Shown here: positions 37,307 to 48,146 of the stretch, piece after piece | How positions within the stretch are numbered: position 1 is the first letter of the stretch | How the letters are laid out: every line of letters begins with the position of its first letter | DNA from: a virus | Taxonomy: Duplodnaviria; Caudoviricetes | Length of the DNA stretch: 64,000 nt | Virus record (IMG/VR): IMGVR_UViG_2588253903_000005 | Coordinates: 11,653 to 75,652 of that record | Direction: 5' to 3' (one strand) | Translations under genes and position numbers: made by a program | The notes under the pieces: model-generated | Seen by the model: the letters and a program-made list of their open reading frames with translations, nothing else | Told to the model about the DNA's origin: nothing | The model's database searches: none

Positions 37307-37759
37307 ATGAAATTAAAAATCGGAGAAAAAGAATACAGCATCAAGTTTGCATACAAGCCAACGCTGAAAGAGCGTATCATATCAAAATTTGTAAAGTTTG
37401 CAGATTTGTCAAACGGAGACAAGGAAGCATATTTTGAGAAAGTTGAAGATTTGCTCCTGTTTTTACCAGAAGCAGTGCTTGTCGGCTTGCAGGTACACTA
37501 CCCGGAATTCAAATACAACTGCGACACAGGCGAGGGCAAGGAAGAGAAACTTGAAAAGGCATTTGCGCTTGTTGAGGAATACATGGACAGCGAGGGAGCA
37601 GACGTTATGGCGTTCTTCAATCAGATTCAGGAGGCGTTGTTGGAAGATTCTTTTTTGAGAAGCCTGTTCCAGAAGGAGCAGAAGAAAGAGGAACAAGTAG
37701 AAGAAACAGTTCAACCAAGACTGGAAGTAATTCAGAACGGGAAAATAGTAGAGATTTAA
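37307..37759 (+). CDS. Tail assembly chaperone (gpG-like)
   Basis: Between the major tail gene and the TMP. Confidence 0.75.
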   Translation: MKLKIGEKEYSIKFAYKPTLKERIISKFVKFADLSNGDKEAYFEKVEDLLLFLPEAVLVGLQVHYPEFKYNCDTGEGKEEKLEKAFALVEEYMDSEGADVMAFFNQIQEALLEDSFLRSLFQKEQKKEEQVEETVQPRLEVIQNGKIVEI

Positions 37760-38115
37760 CATGGGAAATATACTGTGAGGAAATACGACCTTTGTTAATG
37801 CTTGCAACAAAAGGGTATGGTCTTTCTGTTGACTATATTGATTGGTCAAGCCCTGCCGAGATGGATCCATATCTAAAAGCGTATAAGTTAAAAAGAAATG
37901 AGAAAGACGTTCTTCAATGGCAGTTAGGTCAATATGTGGCGGCTGCTATAAGCTGCGTATTACCAAAAGGAAAATATCTTAAAAAACCAATGTTCCAGAT
38001 AGAAGAAAACATAGGAGAAATTACTGAAAGAGATATAGAAAAGGCAATTTTAACAGAGCAACGGTATATGGCAATGTCAGCCAATAAAGGATTGCCAGAA
38101 ACAATCATAGCTTAG
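37651..38115 (+). CDS. -1 frameshift extension of the tail chaperone (gpGT-like)
   Basis: In-phase slippery heptamer T TTT TTG at 37651-37657; the -1 frame is open through DLTWEIYCEEIRPLLM to 38115. Confidence 0.6.
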   Translation, partial: FFEKPVPEGAEERGTSRRNSSTKTGSNSERENSRDLTWEIYCEEIRPLLMLATKGYGLSVDYIDWSSPAEMDPYLKAYKLKRNEKDVLQWQLGQYVAAAISCVLPKGKYLKKPMFQIEENIGEITERDIEKAILTEQRYMAMSANKGLPETIIA

Positions 38116-38125
38116 GAGGAATTTT

Positions 38126-39112
38126 ATGAGCAGAAATATCAACGAACTTCACCCAAGATTACAAGAAAAAGTTTCGGAGTTGCAGAAACTTTGCGAAAAT
38201 AACGGTTTGATTATCGGAATCGGCGAGTGCTTAAGAACGGTAGCAGAACAAGAAGAACTGTACGCACAGGGCAGGGATAAGCCTGGAAACATTGTCACAA
38301 ATGCAAGAGGGACTTCTTATTCCAGCCAACACCAGTGGGGGATTGCGTTTGACTTTTATCGAAATGATGGAACAGGCGCATACAATGAATCTGGGAACTT
38401 CTTTGAAAGAGTCGGGAGCCTTGCGAAATCTATCGGTTTAGGATGGGGAGGCGACTGGACAAGTATCAAAGACCGTCCGCACCTGTACCTTCCTGACTGG
38501 GGAAGCACTGCAACAAAATTAAAAAATCAGTATGGAACCCCAGAAAAATTCATGAAGACGTGGGGGGATTCAGGGAATGAAACCCATGCTCCGACCCATA
38601 CTTCTGATAACAGAAGGACGTATCTGAAAAGAGGGGATAAGGGACAGAACGTAAAAGATATGCAACTTATGTTGATTGGCTGCGGGTATTCCTGCGGAAA
38701 ATCTGGCGCAGATGGAATTTTTGGTTCTGGAACCGAAAAAGCACTCCTGAAATTCCAACGCGACAATGGGCTGAAAGAAGACGGATTGTATGGAAACGCT
38801 TCTAAGGCAAAACTTGAGAAGGTATATTCCAACAGAACGCAGATTGAAAAGGCGGATTACAAAGTAGGAAGCACCTATACCTTGCAGACAGAAATGAAAG
38901 TACGTGAGTGTGCAGGGACAACATACAGGGCAAAGAAACACAGTGATCTTACAGAGGACGGAAGAAAGCACGATGCAGACAGAGACGGATGCCTTGACAA
39001 AGGTACAAAGGTAACTTGTAAAGAGGTAAAGAAAGTCGGAGATGATACATGGATTCGCACTCCCTCTGGATGGATTGCGGCGGTTTATGATGGAAAAGTA
39101 TATGTAAAATAA
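38126..39112 (+). CDS. Endolysin: M15 peptidase, PG_binding_1 and SH3-like domain
   Basis: RTVAEQEELYAQGR, SQHQWGIAFD, GWGGDW..IKDRPH; LKRGDKG...DGIFG..TEKALLKFQ. Confidence 0.9.
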   Translation: MSRNINELHPRLQEKVSELQKLCENNGLIIGIGECLRTVAEQEELYAQGRDKPGNIVTNARGTSYSSQHQWGIAFDFYRNDGTGAYNESGNFFERVGSLAKSIGLGWGGDWTSIKDRPHLYLPDWGSTATKLKNQYGTPEKFMKTWGDSGNETHAPTHTSDNRRTYLKRGDKGQNVKDMQLMLIGCGYSCGKSGADGIFGSGTEKALLKFQRDNGLKEDGLYGNASKAKLEKVYSNRTQIEKADYKVGSTYTLQTEMKVRECAGTTYRAKKHSDLTEDGRKHDADRDGCLDKGTKVTCKEVKKVGDDTWIRTPSGWIAAVYDGKVYVK

Positions 39113-39163
39113 AATCAAGGACAGCATGGGTTCAAATCCTGCTGTCTTTTTCTTTGAAAGGAA

Positions 39164-42100
39164 GTGGCAAGAATGGCAACGATAGACAGATTGGATATAC
39201 AAATAGAAGGTTCTGCACAAAAAGCAAATGTCGCAATAAATGACCTTATAAAAAATCTCGACAGACTTGCCAATTCCTTAAAAATAGACACAAGCGGATT
39301 AGAGAAAATCGGAAAATCTTTGAATTTAAGTGGCATTGATAAGGCTGCTAAAAATATGCAATCCCAAACGCAGAAAGTATCAAAATCCCTGTCTCAAATT
39401 ACGGAGCAGTACAAGGATTTGGGCAAAGGATTTGAAATAAAAGGCTCTACGCAACAGATACAGAAGCAAATTGACAGCCTTACAAACAAACTTGCAAATG
39501 CAAAACTGGCGAAAGATGATTTTGAAGCGTCCGGGAAGGCCAATTTAGGTGGTTACGAAACAGCAGTTAAAAATGTAATAAAGTATACAAACCAGATTGA
39601 AAGCCTGAAAAAGCAACTTGAGGGATTGCAGACAGCACAGCCGAAACTTGATTTCAATGTAGCTGGCGCGGAAAGCCAAACAAAATATCTAGTTGAATAC
39701 AAAAAGCAATTAATAGATTTCAAAAATGATATGAAATCCATAGGTGATGTTTATGGCGGGTTGCAGAATGTTCCAAAAGGAGGACTAGATACTCTAATTC
39801 AAAATTTAAAGCAATCCATAGAAGAATTAAAGCAATCCTACCCGCAGGCAACGAATGTTATTTCCGCATTTGAAAAAGAGTTGCAAAAGCTACAAGGTAT
39901 TTCTTCTGGACTGACAAAAGAACCAATTAGAGCCAATATTGATACAAGCTCTATTGACAAAGTAAGTGAAAAAATAGCAGAGCTAAAAAACAGGTTTGAA
40001 AAAGTTGGATCAGATTTTAAGTTTACCGGGAATTTTGAACAGTTAAATATTGAAATAGAAAAAGTTTATTCCAAGCTGAACGAATTAAGAACCAAAGAAC
40101 AGGAAATGATTTCTGCCGGACAGGTAAATACATCTGGATTTGAACAGTTGCAGGAATCACTTGCAAGAGTTGGAAATAAGTTCGGAATAATGCAGGATTT
40201 AAGGGACAGAACAGAAGCATTTAACCAATCCTTGCAACAATTAAGAGTTCCAGAAATCCGAGAAGAAAATCTTACAAAACTTCAAAATTCCTTAAGAAAA
40301 ACAGAAGCAGACACAGAAAAGCTAAGAACAAAACTTTCTAATGCAATAACAATGGGAAGGATTGTTCCAAACATAGACGACAGCGGATTCCGAAAACTTA
40401 CGGAGCAAATTGCGTTATCAGAAAAACAGGCAGAAGCATTAAGGCAGAAAATACAGGAAGTGGGAGGCGATACAAGCGGAACCGGAAGCATAATGGACAG
40501 GCTGAAATCTTCTCTGTCAAATGTTTCGAGCCAGTCAAGCAAAACATCTTCTGCGACAAACATATTATCAAAAAATATAAAAAACCTTTCCTCAACAATG
40601 AGCGGATTCAGCAAGTCAGCAGGAAAAGCGGTCACAGGGCTGAAATCATTCGCAAGACAAGCATTGTCTGCTATGGGGATATATCTTGGGGTTTATGGGG
40701 CGGTAAGGGGGCTTAAATCATCGTTAGAAAGCTCCATGAATTACATAGAAATCCTTAATTATTTCAATGCCGCATTTGGACAGGTGGCAGAAAAGGCAGA
40801 TTACAGTAAGTTTGAAGAAATGGGATATGATTCAGCAGAAGCATATTACAATTCTTTTTCTGAAAGGGCAAAAGAATTAACAGAAAAAATGTCCGGGTTT
40901 ACAATGAACGAAAGCGGGATGTTGGAATCCGGAGGAATGAAAAGCCTTGGAATTGACCCTACGAAACTTATGAACTATCAGGCGATGTTTGGGCAGATGT
41001 CTAGCTCTATGGGAGCGACAAGCGAAAATGCATTAAGGCTGTCAACAGTCCTTACGGAAATTGGGGCTGACCTGGCTTCTGTAAAGAACATGAAGTTTGA
41101 AAAAGTCTGGAACGATATGGCTTCCGGGCTTGCGGGAATGAGCCGGACACTGGATAAGTATGGGGCAAATATCCGAAACGTGAACTTGCAGCAGAAGTTA
41201 AACGAACTTGGAATCAGTGCAAACATATCCGCATTAAACCAGAATGACAAGGCTCTTTTACGTACAATTATTCTTCTTGACAGTACGAGATATGCATGGG
41301 GTGATTTGGCAAAAACAATCAATCAACCTGCTAACCAGTTAAGGTTGCTCCAATCAAATTTCAGCAACCTTGGGAGGGCTATAGGAAACATATTTTTGCC
41401 AATCGTTGCAAAGGTTTTACCATACATAAATATGCTTGTGCAGGCATTGACGAGGCTTGCAGAATGGCTTGTAAAACTCCTTGGATTCGAGGGATTCGAC
41501 TGGGGAGGTGGCGGGGGCGGAAACTCTACCCCGGATATACTTGGTGACATATACGACAATGCAGAGGATGCATCTGGCGCATTGGATAAAGTATCTGAAT
41601 CCGCAAAAAAAGCGAAGGCAGGTCTTAGGGGATTTGATGAGTTAAAAACAATCAACATGCCAGAATCCAATGAACCAGACGATGGAGCAGGGGGAGCGGG
41701 AACTGGAGGAATTGACAGCGGACTTCTGCAAGGAGCATTAGATAGCATACTGGACGAATATCAGGCGGCATGGGACAAGGCTTTTTCCGAAATGGAAAAC
41801 AGGGCTAATACATTCGCTGATAACGTGGCGAAAGCGTTTAAAGAAAAAGGTCTCTATGGTGTTGGGGAATATTTCAGTAAAAGCATAACAAGCGCATTGG
41901 AGAGCATACCCTGGGATTCTGTATATGAGGGAGCAAGAATGTTTGGAAGCGGTTTAGCTTCCTTTTTAAATGGGTTGATTTCCCCGGATCTGTTCGGTGC
42001 ACTTGGGAAAACGATTGCAGGCGCGTTGAACACAGCGTTGCATTTCCTTGATTCATTTGGGGAAACATTTGATTTTACCAATTTCGGCGTTTCCATAGGA

Positions 42101-45100
42101 GCCGGGATAAATTCTGCATTAGGAGGGATTGACTGGAAAACCGCGCTTTCAGCGGCTAAGAAATGGGGTACTGGAATTGGAAACGCTATCAATGGATTTT
42201 TCAGAAAAACGGATTTTTCCACCGTTGGAAGCACGTTGGCAAATGCCTTAAACACTGCGATACAGCTTGCACTATCATCAGGGAAAAAGATAGATTTTGA
42301 GTTAATAGGAAAGAAAATTTCAGACGGAATCAATGGATTTTTCAAGACGTTCAGGGCTGATAAATTAGCGAAAGCCATAAATGTTTGGATGAAGGGCGCG
42401 CTGAAAACAGTTTCTACATTACTAAAGAAAACGGATTTTGATATGATTGGGAAGAAAATAGGAAAATTCCTTGCAGAACTTGATTTGACAGGAGCATTGA
42501 AAGGGCTGGCGAGCGTTGTATGGGAGGCGATAAAGGGAGCGTTTAACTTATTATCGGGAATTTTTAAATCCGCACCAATTGAAGCGTCTTTGCTTGTTGC
42601 ATTTTCGTTCCTGAAATTTACAAAGGTTGGGCAGATTTTTACTTCCAATCTTTTTTCTATTTTAAAAGGCGGGGCAACACAATCTTTAAATAAGTTTGCA
42701 AGTTTCTTCAATGGGGGATTGCTTGGAGTTATCGGAACAGCGGTAGCAGCATTTGCAGAATTTAGCGTTGTTTCTGATTCAATAGAGAATTTAACGCTCG
42801 GAACAGGAGATTTTATAGCAGAAATAGGTAAAATAGCAGGGGTTGTAGGGATTGCTTGGGCAGGAATGTCCGCTATACTTGGATTCCCAGCAGGAACCAT
42901 AGCTACTGCAATTGTTGGTATAGTAGGAGCGATAAAAGGGATAAGCGATGCATTTAAGGATATAAAAGCTGAATCCGCAATGCAATCAATAGCGAACGCA
43001 TTGAAAAAACCAGGTGGAACACCGATTGAAGATTTGACAGAGTTGTATTCGGATACAATTGGAAAAATAAAAAGCGGATTTGATGACATAAATGTAAAGT
43101 CAGAAGAACTTAAAACAACACAGACTAATGCAGAAAAAACAAGCAAAAAAATTGACCTCATAAAGTTTTCGATAGAAAACGGCTCAAAGGCTACGAAAGA
43201 AAAAACAACAGAAATAAAACAGGCGTTCGACAGTCTATTAAGCGATTCAAAAAGCATTTTTGAACAAGAATACGACGTTATCATGACGGGAATATCTGGT
43301 TCGTTGCAGCAATCGTTGACGGATGCTGGATATTCTGTTGAGCAGATTGTCGGAGTGATGGATTCGCTAAAAACGGAACATCAGAAAGAGATAGAGGAAA
43401 TAGAGAAAAATAACGAGAAGTTGAAAACCAGTTTTGAAAATGGGAAAATTTCTATCCAAGAGTATGCTGCAAAAATGCTAGAAAATTACGAAAAACTGGG
43501 CGAGATAACGGGAAAGACAGACGAGTATTCATCTGCCATTGAAAAGGTATCAGAGGCGGCGAAAGGCGTTGACTTAAGCGGAATAGTAAACAAAGACAAT
43601 ACAATTAACACAGGTCTTTTAGCAGAACAGTTCAAGGGGTTAAGCACAACCGCTACCGAGGCTAAGCAATCAATAAACGATTCATCTGCGGGGTTAACTG
43701 CGGCACTAAATGATTATGCAAAAGAAGCAGAAAGAACCAAAAATTCAGAAGCCGCAACAGCGATTAGCGATATGCTATCAGCAGAAGAAGCGAATGTGAA
43801 ATCAGCAACGGAAAGTGTAAACAATCAGTTAACAGAATACGGAAACCAAGTACAATATGCAGTTTTGGAAAAAATTCCAAGCGTGGTAGACGAAGCGGTT
43901 GCAGATTATGAGAACAAAAGCCCTATATACAAATTCTTTAATTCAGAAGAAAGCCATGTGCAATCCGCATTAGAGGAATACCAAAAAAATGTAATAGACC
44001 CGTCTACGGAAGAATTAGAACGTTTATATTCGGAAGCAGGAATTGAGGGGGCTACTTTTTCCTCTAATGCTGGGAAAGAAATAATAGATGCAATGTTTGA
44101 TGAAAACATAGTGTCAAGCGGGGAGCTTACCTACTATTCAAAGACATTGAAAAGCAATTATACAAAAGTAGTTAATAATGCTGTTGATGAAATAAAGAAG
44201 GATGCTAAGAAAAAATCTAAGCAAATAGGAAAAAATGTAGATGAAGGTACGAGGGATGGAGTAAACGAAAACCTTGGACTTGCAACTGGAGCAATAGGCG
44301 GCATGGCAAACCAAATGCTTAGAAAGGCAAGGGAAACCCTTGGAGTGCATAGCCCATCTACAAAATTTAAAGAAATCGGTGGATATGTCGTAGAAGGAAT
44401 GAAGGGAGGGATTTCTGGAAAATGGGGAGAATTCAGCGAGTTTTGGGCAAAGAAGCATGATTACATTATAAATAAATTTAATGGAATAAAAGAAAAATTC
44501 GGGACAAAAGGAAAGGATATAATATCAGGAATCCGGTCTGGAATATCTGATAAATGGAACGATTTCAGTACGTTTTGGGGAGAAAAGAAAAGTAGTATCA
44601 TAGATAAATTCAATGATATAAAAGAAAAATTTAATACAAAAGGTGGAAATATAATTTCTGGCATAAGGTCTGGCATATCTGGGAAATGGGGTGAATTTAA
44701 TTCTTATTGGACAGAAAGAAAAAATTCTATAGTAGAGAAGTTTAAAAATATCAAAGAATCATTCCAGGGAAAGGGTGGCGATATTATATCTGGGCTAAAA
44801 AGCGGTATTTCCAGTAACTGGGATGGTTTTGTTGGATGGTGGGCAGAAAAAATCAAGGCAATGGTGAATGGGATACTGGATGGAATAAACTGGGTTCTTA
44901 AAAAAGTTGGCTCTAGTACACAGCTAGACCCATGGGAGCCAAAAGGATTTGCAAAAGGAGCCAACGGACTTCCGCAAGACACCATAGGAATCGTAAACGA
45001 CCAGAAAGGAAGCACATACAAAGAACTTATCGTGCCGCCACATGGAAAGCCATTCATCCCAGAGGGCAGGAATGTCATGCTTCCCATGAAAAAAGGGACA

Positions 45101-46114
45101 AAAATCATGCCAGCCCGCCAGACGAAGGACTTCATGGAGAAAATGAACAATATGCCGCATTTTGCCGGAGGTATTGGTGATTTCTTTAAAGGTGCATGGG
45201 CAAAGATATCAGAGTTTACCGGGAATATCTGGGACTACATTTCAAACCCAGGGAAGATTTTGCAGATTGCATTTGACAAATTCACGGATTTATCCGGGAT
45301 GCTTGAACCCGTGCTTTCCATAGCTACAGGGGCTGCAAAAACGCTTCTGGATGGCGCAACAGGTTTTATAAAGAAAATGTTCGACGAAAACCTTACGGTG
45401 CAGTATAACCCGTCCCAAGGAGTGGAACAGTGGCGCGGTCTTGCGACAAAGGCGTTGCAGATTACAAACCAGTTCACAGCACCAAACTTAACCGCCTTGC
45501 TAACACAAATGCAGCATGAATCCAGTGGAAATCCAAAGGCAATCAATCTATGGGATTCTAATGCAAAGAAGGGAACCCCATCCAAAGGACTTATGCAGGT
45601 CATTGACCCGACGTTCCGGGCGTATGCATTAGCACCACACAATAAAGATATATGGGACCCGCTTTCAAACATGATTGCGGCCATCCGGTACACAGTATCG
45701 CATTATGGCAGCTTATATTCCGGATGGACTGCGAGAGGATATAAAGGTTATGCCTCTGGAATAGGAAAAATAAACCTTGCAGACCTGATACCAAAATACA
45801 GGGCAGGCGGGTTCCCGGAAGATGGATTGTTCTATGCAAACCATACAGAACTTGTTGGAAGATTCAGTAACGGACAGACAGCAGTAGCGAATAACGGGCA
45901 GATTACGCAGGGGATTGCAGAAGCAATATACCCAGCGGTATACAATGCGGTTTCTTCTGCAATGAGAAATAATGGAACATCTGGAAGTGTGGACATATCT
46001 CTACAATTAAACCTGGACGGGGATGCAGTTTATAAAAATGTTGTGAAACGGACAAGGGAAGGGAGGGATAGGAATATAGGTGGTAGACTTGTTCTTGCGG
46101 AAGAGGTTTATTAA
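39164..46114 (+). CDS. Tape measure protein with C-terminal lytic transglycosylase domain
   Basis: 2316 aa, helical, 44-aa W/F repeats; QHESSGNPKAINLWDSNAKKGTPSKGLMQVIDPTF. Confidence 0.95.
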   Translation: MARMATIDRLDIQIEGSAQKANVAINDLIKNLDRLANSLKIDTSGLEKIGKSLNLSGIDKAAKNMQSQTQKVSKSLSQITEQYKDLGKGFEIKGSTQQIQKQIDSLTNKLANAKLAKDDFEASGKANLGGYETAVKNVIKYTNQIESLKKQLEGLQTAQPKLDFNVAGAESQTKYLVEYKKQLIDFKNDMKSIGDVYGGLQNVPKGGLDTLIQNLKQSIEELKQSYPQATNVISAFEKELQKLQGISSGLTKEPIRANIDTSSIDKVSEKIAELKNRFEKVGSDFKFTGNFEQLNIEIEKVYSKLNELRTKEQEMISAGQVNTSGFEQLQESLARVGNKFGIMQDLRDRTEAFNQSLQQLRVPEIREENLTKLQNSLRKTEADTEKLRTKLSNAITMGRIVPNIDDSGFRKLTEQIALSEKQAEALRQKIQEVGGDTSGTGSIMDRLKSSLSNVSSQSSKTSSATNILSKNIKNLSSTMSGFSKSAGKAVTGLKSFARQALSAMGIYLGVYGAVRGLKSSLESSMNYIEILNYFNAAFGQVAEKADYSKFEEMGYDSAEAYYNSFSERAKELTEKMSGFTMNESGMLESGGMKSLGIDPTKLMNYQAMFGQMSSSMGATSENALRLSTVLTEIGADLASVKNMKFEKVWNDMASGLAGMSRTLDKYGANIRNVNLQQKLNELGISANISALNQNDKALLRTIILLDSTRYAWGDLAKTINQPANQLRLLQSNFSNLGRAIGNIFLPIVAKVLPYINMLVQALTRLAEWLVKLLGFEGFDWGGGGGGNSTPDILGDIYDNAEDASGALDKVSESAKKAKAGLRGFDELKTINMPESNEPDDGAGGAGTGGIDSGLLQGALDSILDEYQAAWDKAFSEMENRANTFADNVAKAFKEKGLYGVGEYFSKSITSALESIPWDSVYEGARMFGSGLASFLNGLISPDLFGALGKTIAGALNTALHFLDSFGETFDFTNFGVSIGAGINSALGGIDWKTALSAAKKWGTGIGNAINGFFRKTDFSTVGSTLANALNTAIQLALSSGKKIDFELIGKKISDGINGFFKTFRADKLAKAINVWMKGALKTVSTLLKKTDFDMIGKKIGKFLAELDLTGALKGLASVVWEAIKGAFNLLSGIFKSAPIEASLLVAFSFLKFTKVGQIFTSNLFSILKGGATQSLNKFASFFNGGLLGVIGTAVAAFAEFSVVSDSIENLTLGTGDFIAEIGKIAGVVGIAWAGMSAILGFPAGTIATAIVGIVGAIKGISDAFKDIKAESAMQSIANALKKPGGTPIEDLTELYSDTIGKIKSGFDDINVKSEELKTTQTNAEKTSKKIDLIKFSIENGSKATKEKTTEIKQAFDSLLSDSKSIFEQEYDVIMTGISGSLQQSLTDAGYSVEQIVGVMDSLKTEHQKEIEEIEKNNEKLKTSFENGKISIQEYAAKMLENYEKLGEITGKTDEYSSAIEKVSEAAKGVDLSGIVNKDNTINTGLLAEQFKGLSTTATEAKQSINDSSAGLTAALNDYAKEAERTKNSEAATAISDMLSAEEANVKSATESVNNQLTEYGNQVQYAVLEKIPSVVDEAVADYENKSPIYKFFNSEESHVQSALEEYQKNVIDPSTEELERLYSEAGIEGATFSSNAGKEIIDAMFDENIVSSGELTYYSKTLKSNYTKVVNNAVDEIKKDAKKKSKQIGKNVDEGTRDGVNENLGLATGAIGGMANQMLRKARETLGVHSPSTKFKEIGGYVVEGMKGGISGKWGEFSEFWAKKHDYIINKFNGIKEKFGTKGKDIISGIRSGISDKWNDFSTFWGEKKSSIIDKFNDIKEKFNTKGGNIISGIRSGISGKWGEFNSYWTERKNSIVEKFKNIKESFQGKGGDIISGLKSGISSNWDGFVGWWAEKIKAMVNGILDGINWVLKKVGSSTQLDPWEPKGFAKGANGLPQDTIGIVNDQKGSTYKELIVPPHGKPFIPEGRNVMLPMKKGTKIMPARQTKDFMEKMNNMPHFAGGIGDFFKGAWAKISEFTGNIWDYISNPGKILQIAFDKFTDLSGMLEPVLSIATGAAKTLLDGATGFIKKMFDENLTVQYNPSQGVEQWRGLATKALQITNQFTAPNLTALLTQMQHESSGNPKAINLWDSNAKKGTPSKGLMQVIDPTFRAYALAPHNKDIWDPLSNMIAAIRYTVSHYGSLYSGWTARGYKGYASGIGKINLADLIPKYRAGGFPEDGLFYANHTELVGRFSNGQTAVANNGQITQGIAEAIYPAVYNAVSSAMRNNGTSGSVDISLQLNLDGDAVYKNVVKRTREGRDRNIGGRLVLAEEVY

Positions 46115-46190
46115 ATACAGAAGAAAACAAGATTGACATTTCATGTAGATTGTGGTAGATTGAATAAAATTTGATACGCTATTACAAACT

Positions 46191-46256
46191 GATGGAATTG
46201 TAGAGGGAAACTTGGAACCCGGAGAGTCTGGACGCTATGCCAGATTTCTTCGGGTT
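46191..46256 (+). promoter_or_regulatory. Structured leader element, copy 2
   Basis: Matches 6664-6725; downstream of TTGACA-17-TAGATT (46133-46161). Confidence 0.65.
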
Positions 46257-46329
46257 TGTTTATTTTCGGGAAAATACCAAAGATAAACACTGTGAAGTTG
46301 CGGGAAAACCAAATATCGGAGGTATCATT

Positions 46330-47028
46330 ATGAAACTAAGACTTGTGAAGCAGGGAGATTTCTTAGGAACAAAGTGTGATTTTTATGTGGATGAGGATAA
46401 CAACATCTACATGAGCAGGACACAGATAGGGTATGCGCTGGAATATAAAGACCCGTCTAATGCGGTCAAGAATATTCACAACAAATATCAAGAAAGATTT
46501 GACAGATTTTCAGTTGAAGTATCGGGTGCTCAGTTTGTACCCCCGATAAACAAGAATAAAAATTCCCCTAAGATTTATATGTATGCGGAAAAGGGAATTT
46601 ATGAGGTTTGCCGGAGGTCAAGACAGACGGTTGCGGACAAATTCTATGACTGGGCATATGATACCATTTCAGAAATTAAGAAGAATGGATTTTATATCGC
46701 CAACGGTAAAGATGAAAAATGGATAGGAATAAGGCGGGAAACAAAGCAAGTCCGAAAGAACGAAACGGACATGATACAGAAATTTGTAGACTATGCCATA
46801 TCGCAAGGAAGCCAAAACGCAAAAAGATACTACACGCATTTGACAAACCTTGCAAATAAGCGTTGCGGCATTAAGACGGGCGAGCGTGACAAGGCAGACC
46901 AGAAAACATTGCTTCGGCTGAAATCCTTGGAAACGCTGATTGATATGAGGTTAGAAACACTTATGAATAACAATATCCCATATAAAGAGGTGTTTTCTGA
47001 TGTTAAGGACATGATTGAGGGGATTTAA
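46330..47028 (+). CDS. Bro-N-like antirepressor
   Basis: YMSRTQIGYALEY...MYAEKGIYEVCRRSRQTVADKFYDW. Confidence 0.7.
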   Translation: MKLRLVKQGDFLGTKCDFYVDEDNNIYMSRTQIGYALEYKDPSNAVKNIHNKYQERFDRFSVEVSGAQFVPPINKNKNSPKIYMYAEKGIYEVCRRSRQTVADKFYDWAYDTISEIKKNGFYIANGKDEKWIGIRRETKQVRKNETDMIQKFVDYAISQGSQNAKRYYTHLTNLANKRCGIKTGERDKADQKTLLRLKSLETLIDMRLETLMNNNIPYKEVFSDVKDMIEGI

Positions 47029-47244
47029 TAGACAGGAGGATTCTTTCCATACCTTTAATGAAAATTGGTGTATGGAATTTAGTTTATTATAAAGAAAAAT
47101 ACAGAAGAGCTGGCATACCTAACTATGAAGAAAAGCTTGTTAATGTTGGTTACATCTGGGGATAGGCTGACGAGCCGAAAAGTACAAGCCTTAGTACCTG
47201 CCCCGGTTTGACATAAGGCAGTTTGCGGAAAGGCGGTAAAGAGC

Positions 47245-48006
47245 ATGAATGAGATAATCAAAATCAACAACCACGATGTAGAAGTAAAAGAGTACAAGGG
47301 TCAAAGAGTGGTAACATTCAAAGATATTGATACAGTACATGAAAGACCGGCTGGGACGGCAAAGAGGAATTTCAACGACAACAAGAAGCACTTTATTGAG
47401 GGCGAGGACTTCTTTGCAATTCCCTATTCGGAGTTCTGTACGGAATTCGTACCCAACCCACCAAAGGGCGGAAATCCGAACGTTCCAGTAAATTTAATGA
47501 CGGAGCAAGGCTACCTCATGTTGGTAAAATCCCTTACAGATGATTTGGCGTGGAAGGTGCAGAGGGAGCTTGTCAATGGGTATTTTAGGGCTAAAAAGGC
47601 AAAATCAGCCATAGAGGAATTACAGGAGCTTCAAAGCAGGGCAATACTTGAAGTAAATGAAAAAGTAGGAGAAGTAGAGAACAGGATAACCAGGCTTGAA
47701 AACAACATGACAATAACCCATGAGCAGATACAGATAATCAAGAATCGGGTAAACGCAAGAATTGTAAATGATGTTCTTGGCGGTTACGAGAGTAACGCAT
47801 ACAACGATGTTCATTTGAGAAGCAAGGTTTACAGCCGGTTCAACAAAGATTATTGCGATTACTTCCGCATCAATGCAAGGACAAACACATTAGCTTCAAA
47901 ATTTGATGAAGCTCTGCGATATATTGATATGTGGGAGCCTGACACGAATATGAAGTTGATGATACAGAACGCAAATGCACAAATGAAAATAGAGGATATA
48001 GCATAG
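47245..48006 (+). CDS. ORF6N plus ORF6C domain antirepressor-like protein
   Basis: EYKGQRVVTFKDIDTVH...FNDNKKHFIEGEDFF; C-terminal KFDEALRYIDMWEP. Confidence 0.85.
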   Translation: MNEIIKINNHDVEVKEYKGQRVVTFKDIDTVHERPAGTAKRNFNDNKKHFIEGEDFFAIPYSEFCTEFVPNPPKGGNPNVPVNLMTEQGYLMLVKSLTDDLAWKVQRELVNGYFRAKKAKSAIEELQELQSRAILEVNEKVGEVENRITRLENNMTITHEQIQIIKNRVNARIVNDVLGGYESNAYNDVHLRSKVYSRFNKDYCDYFRINARTNTLASKFDEALRYIDMWEPDTNMKLMIQNANAQMKIEDIA

Positions 48007-48146
48007 GACGGAAACAACCGTCCTATTGTTTTGCAAAAATCTTTAATTTTCCTCTTGACTTTTTGTCGAAACTTATCTTATTTTGTGGTATAATATGGTA
48101 TTATGCGAAAGGTATTATGAAAAGGATTCTAATTTTAGAAAGGAAG

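Noticed and set aside
44410-44850. 44-aa W/F repeats in the TMP
   Set aside because: Ordinary 11-residue periodicity of tape measure proteins.
39115-46139. Long antisense ORFs within the TMP (e.g. 41854-43284)
   Set aside because: Shadow ORFs expected opposite a long biased coding sequence.
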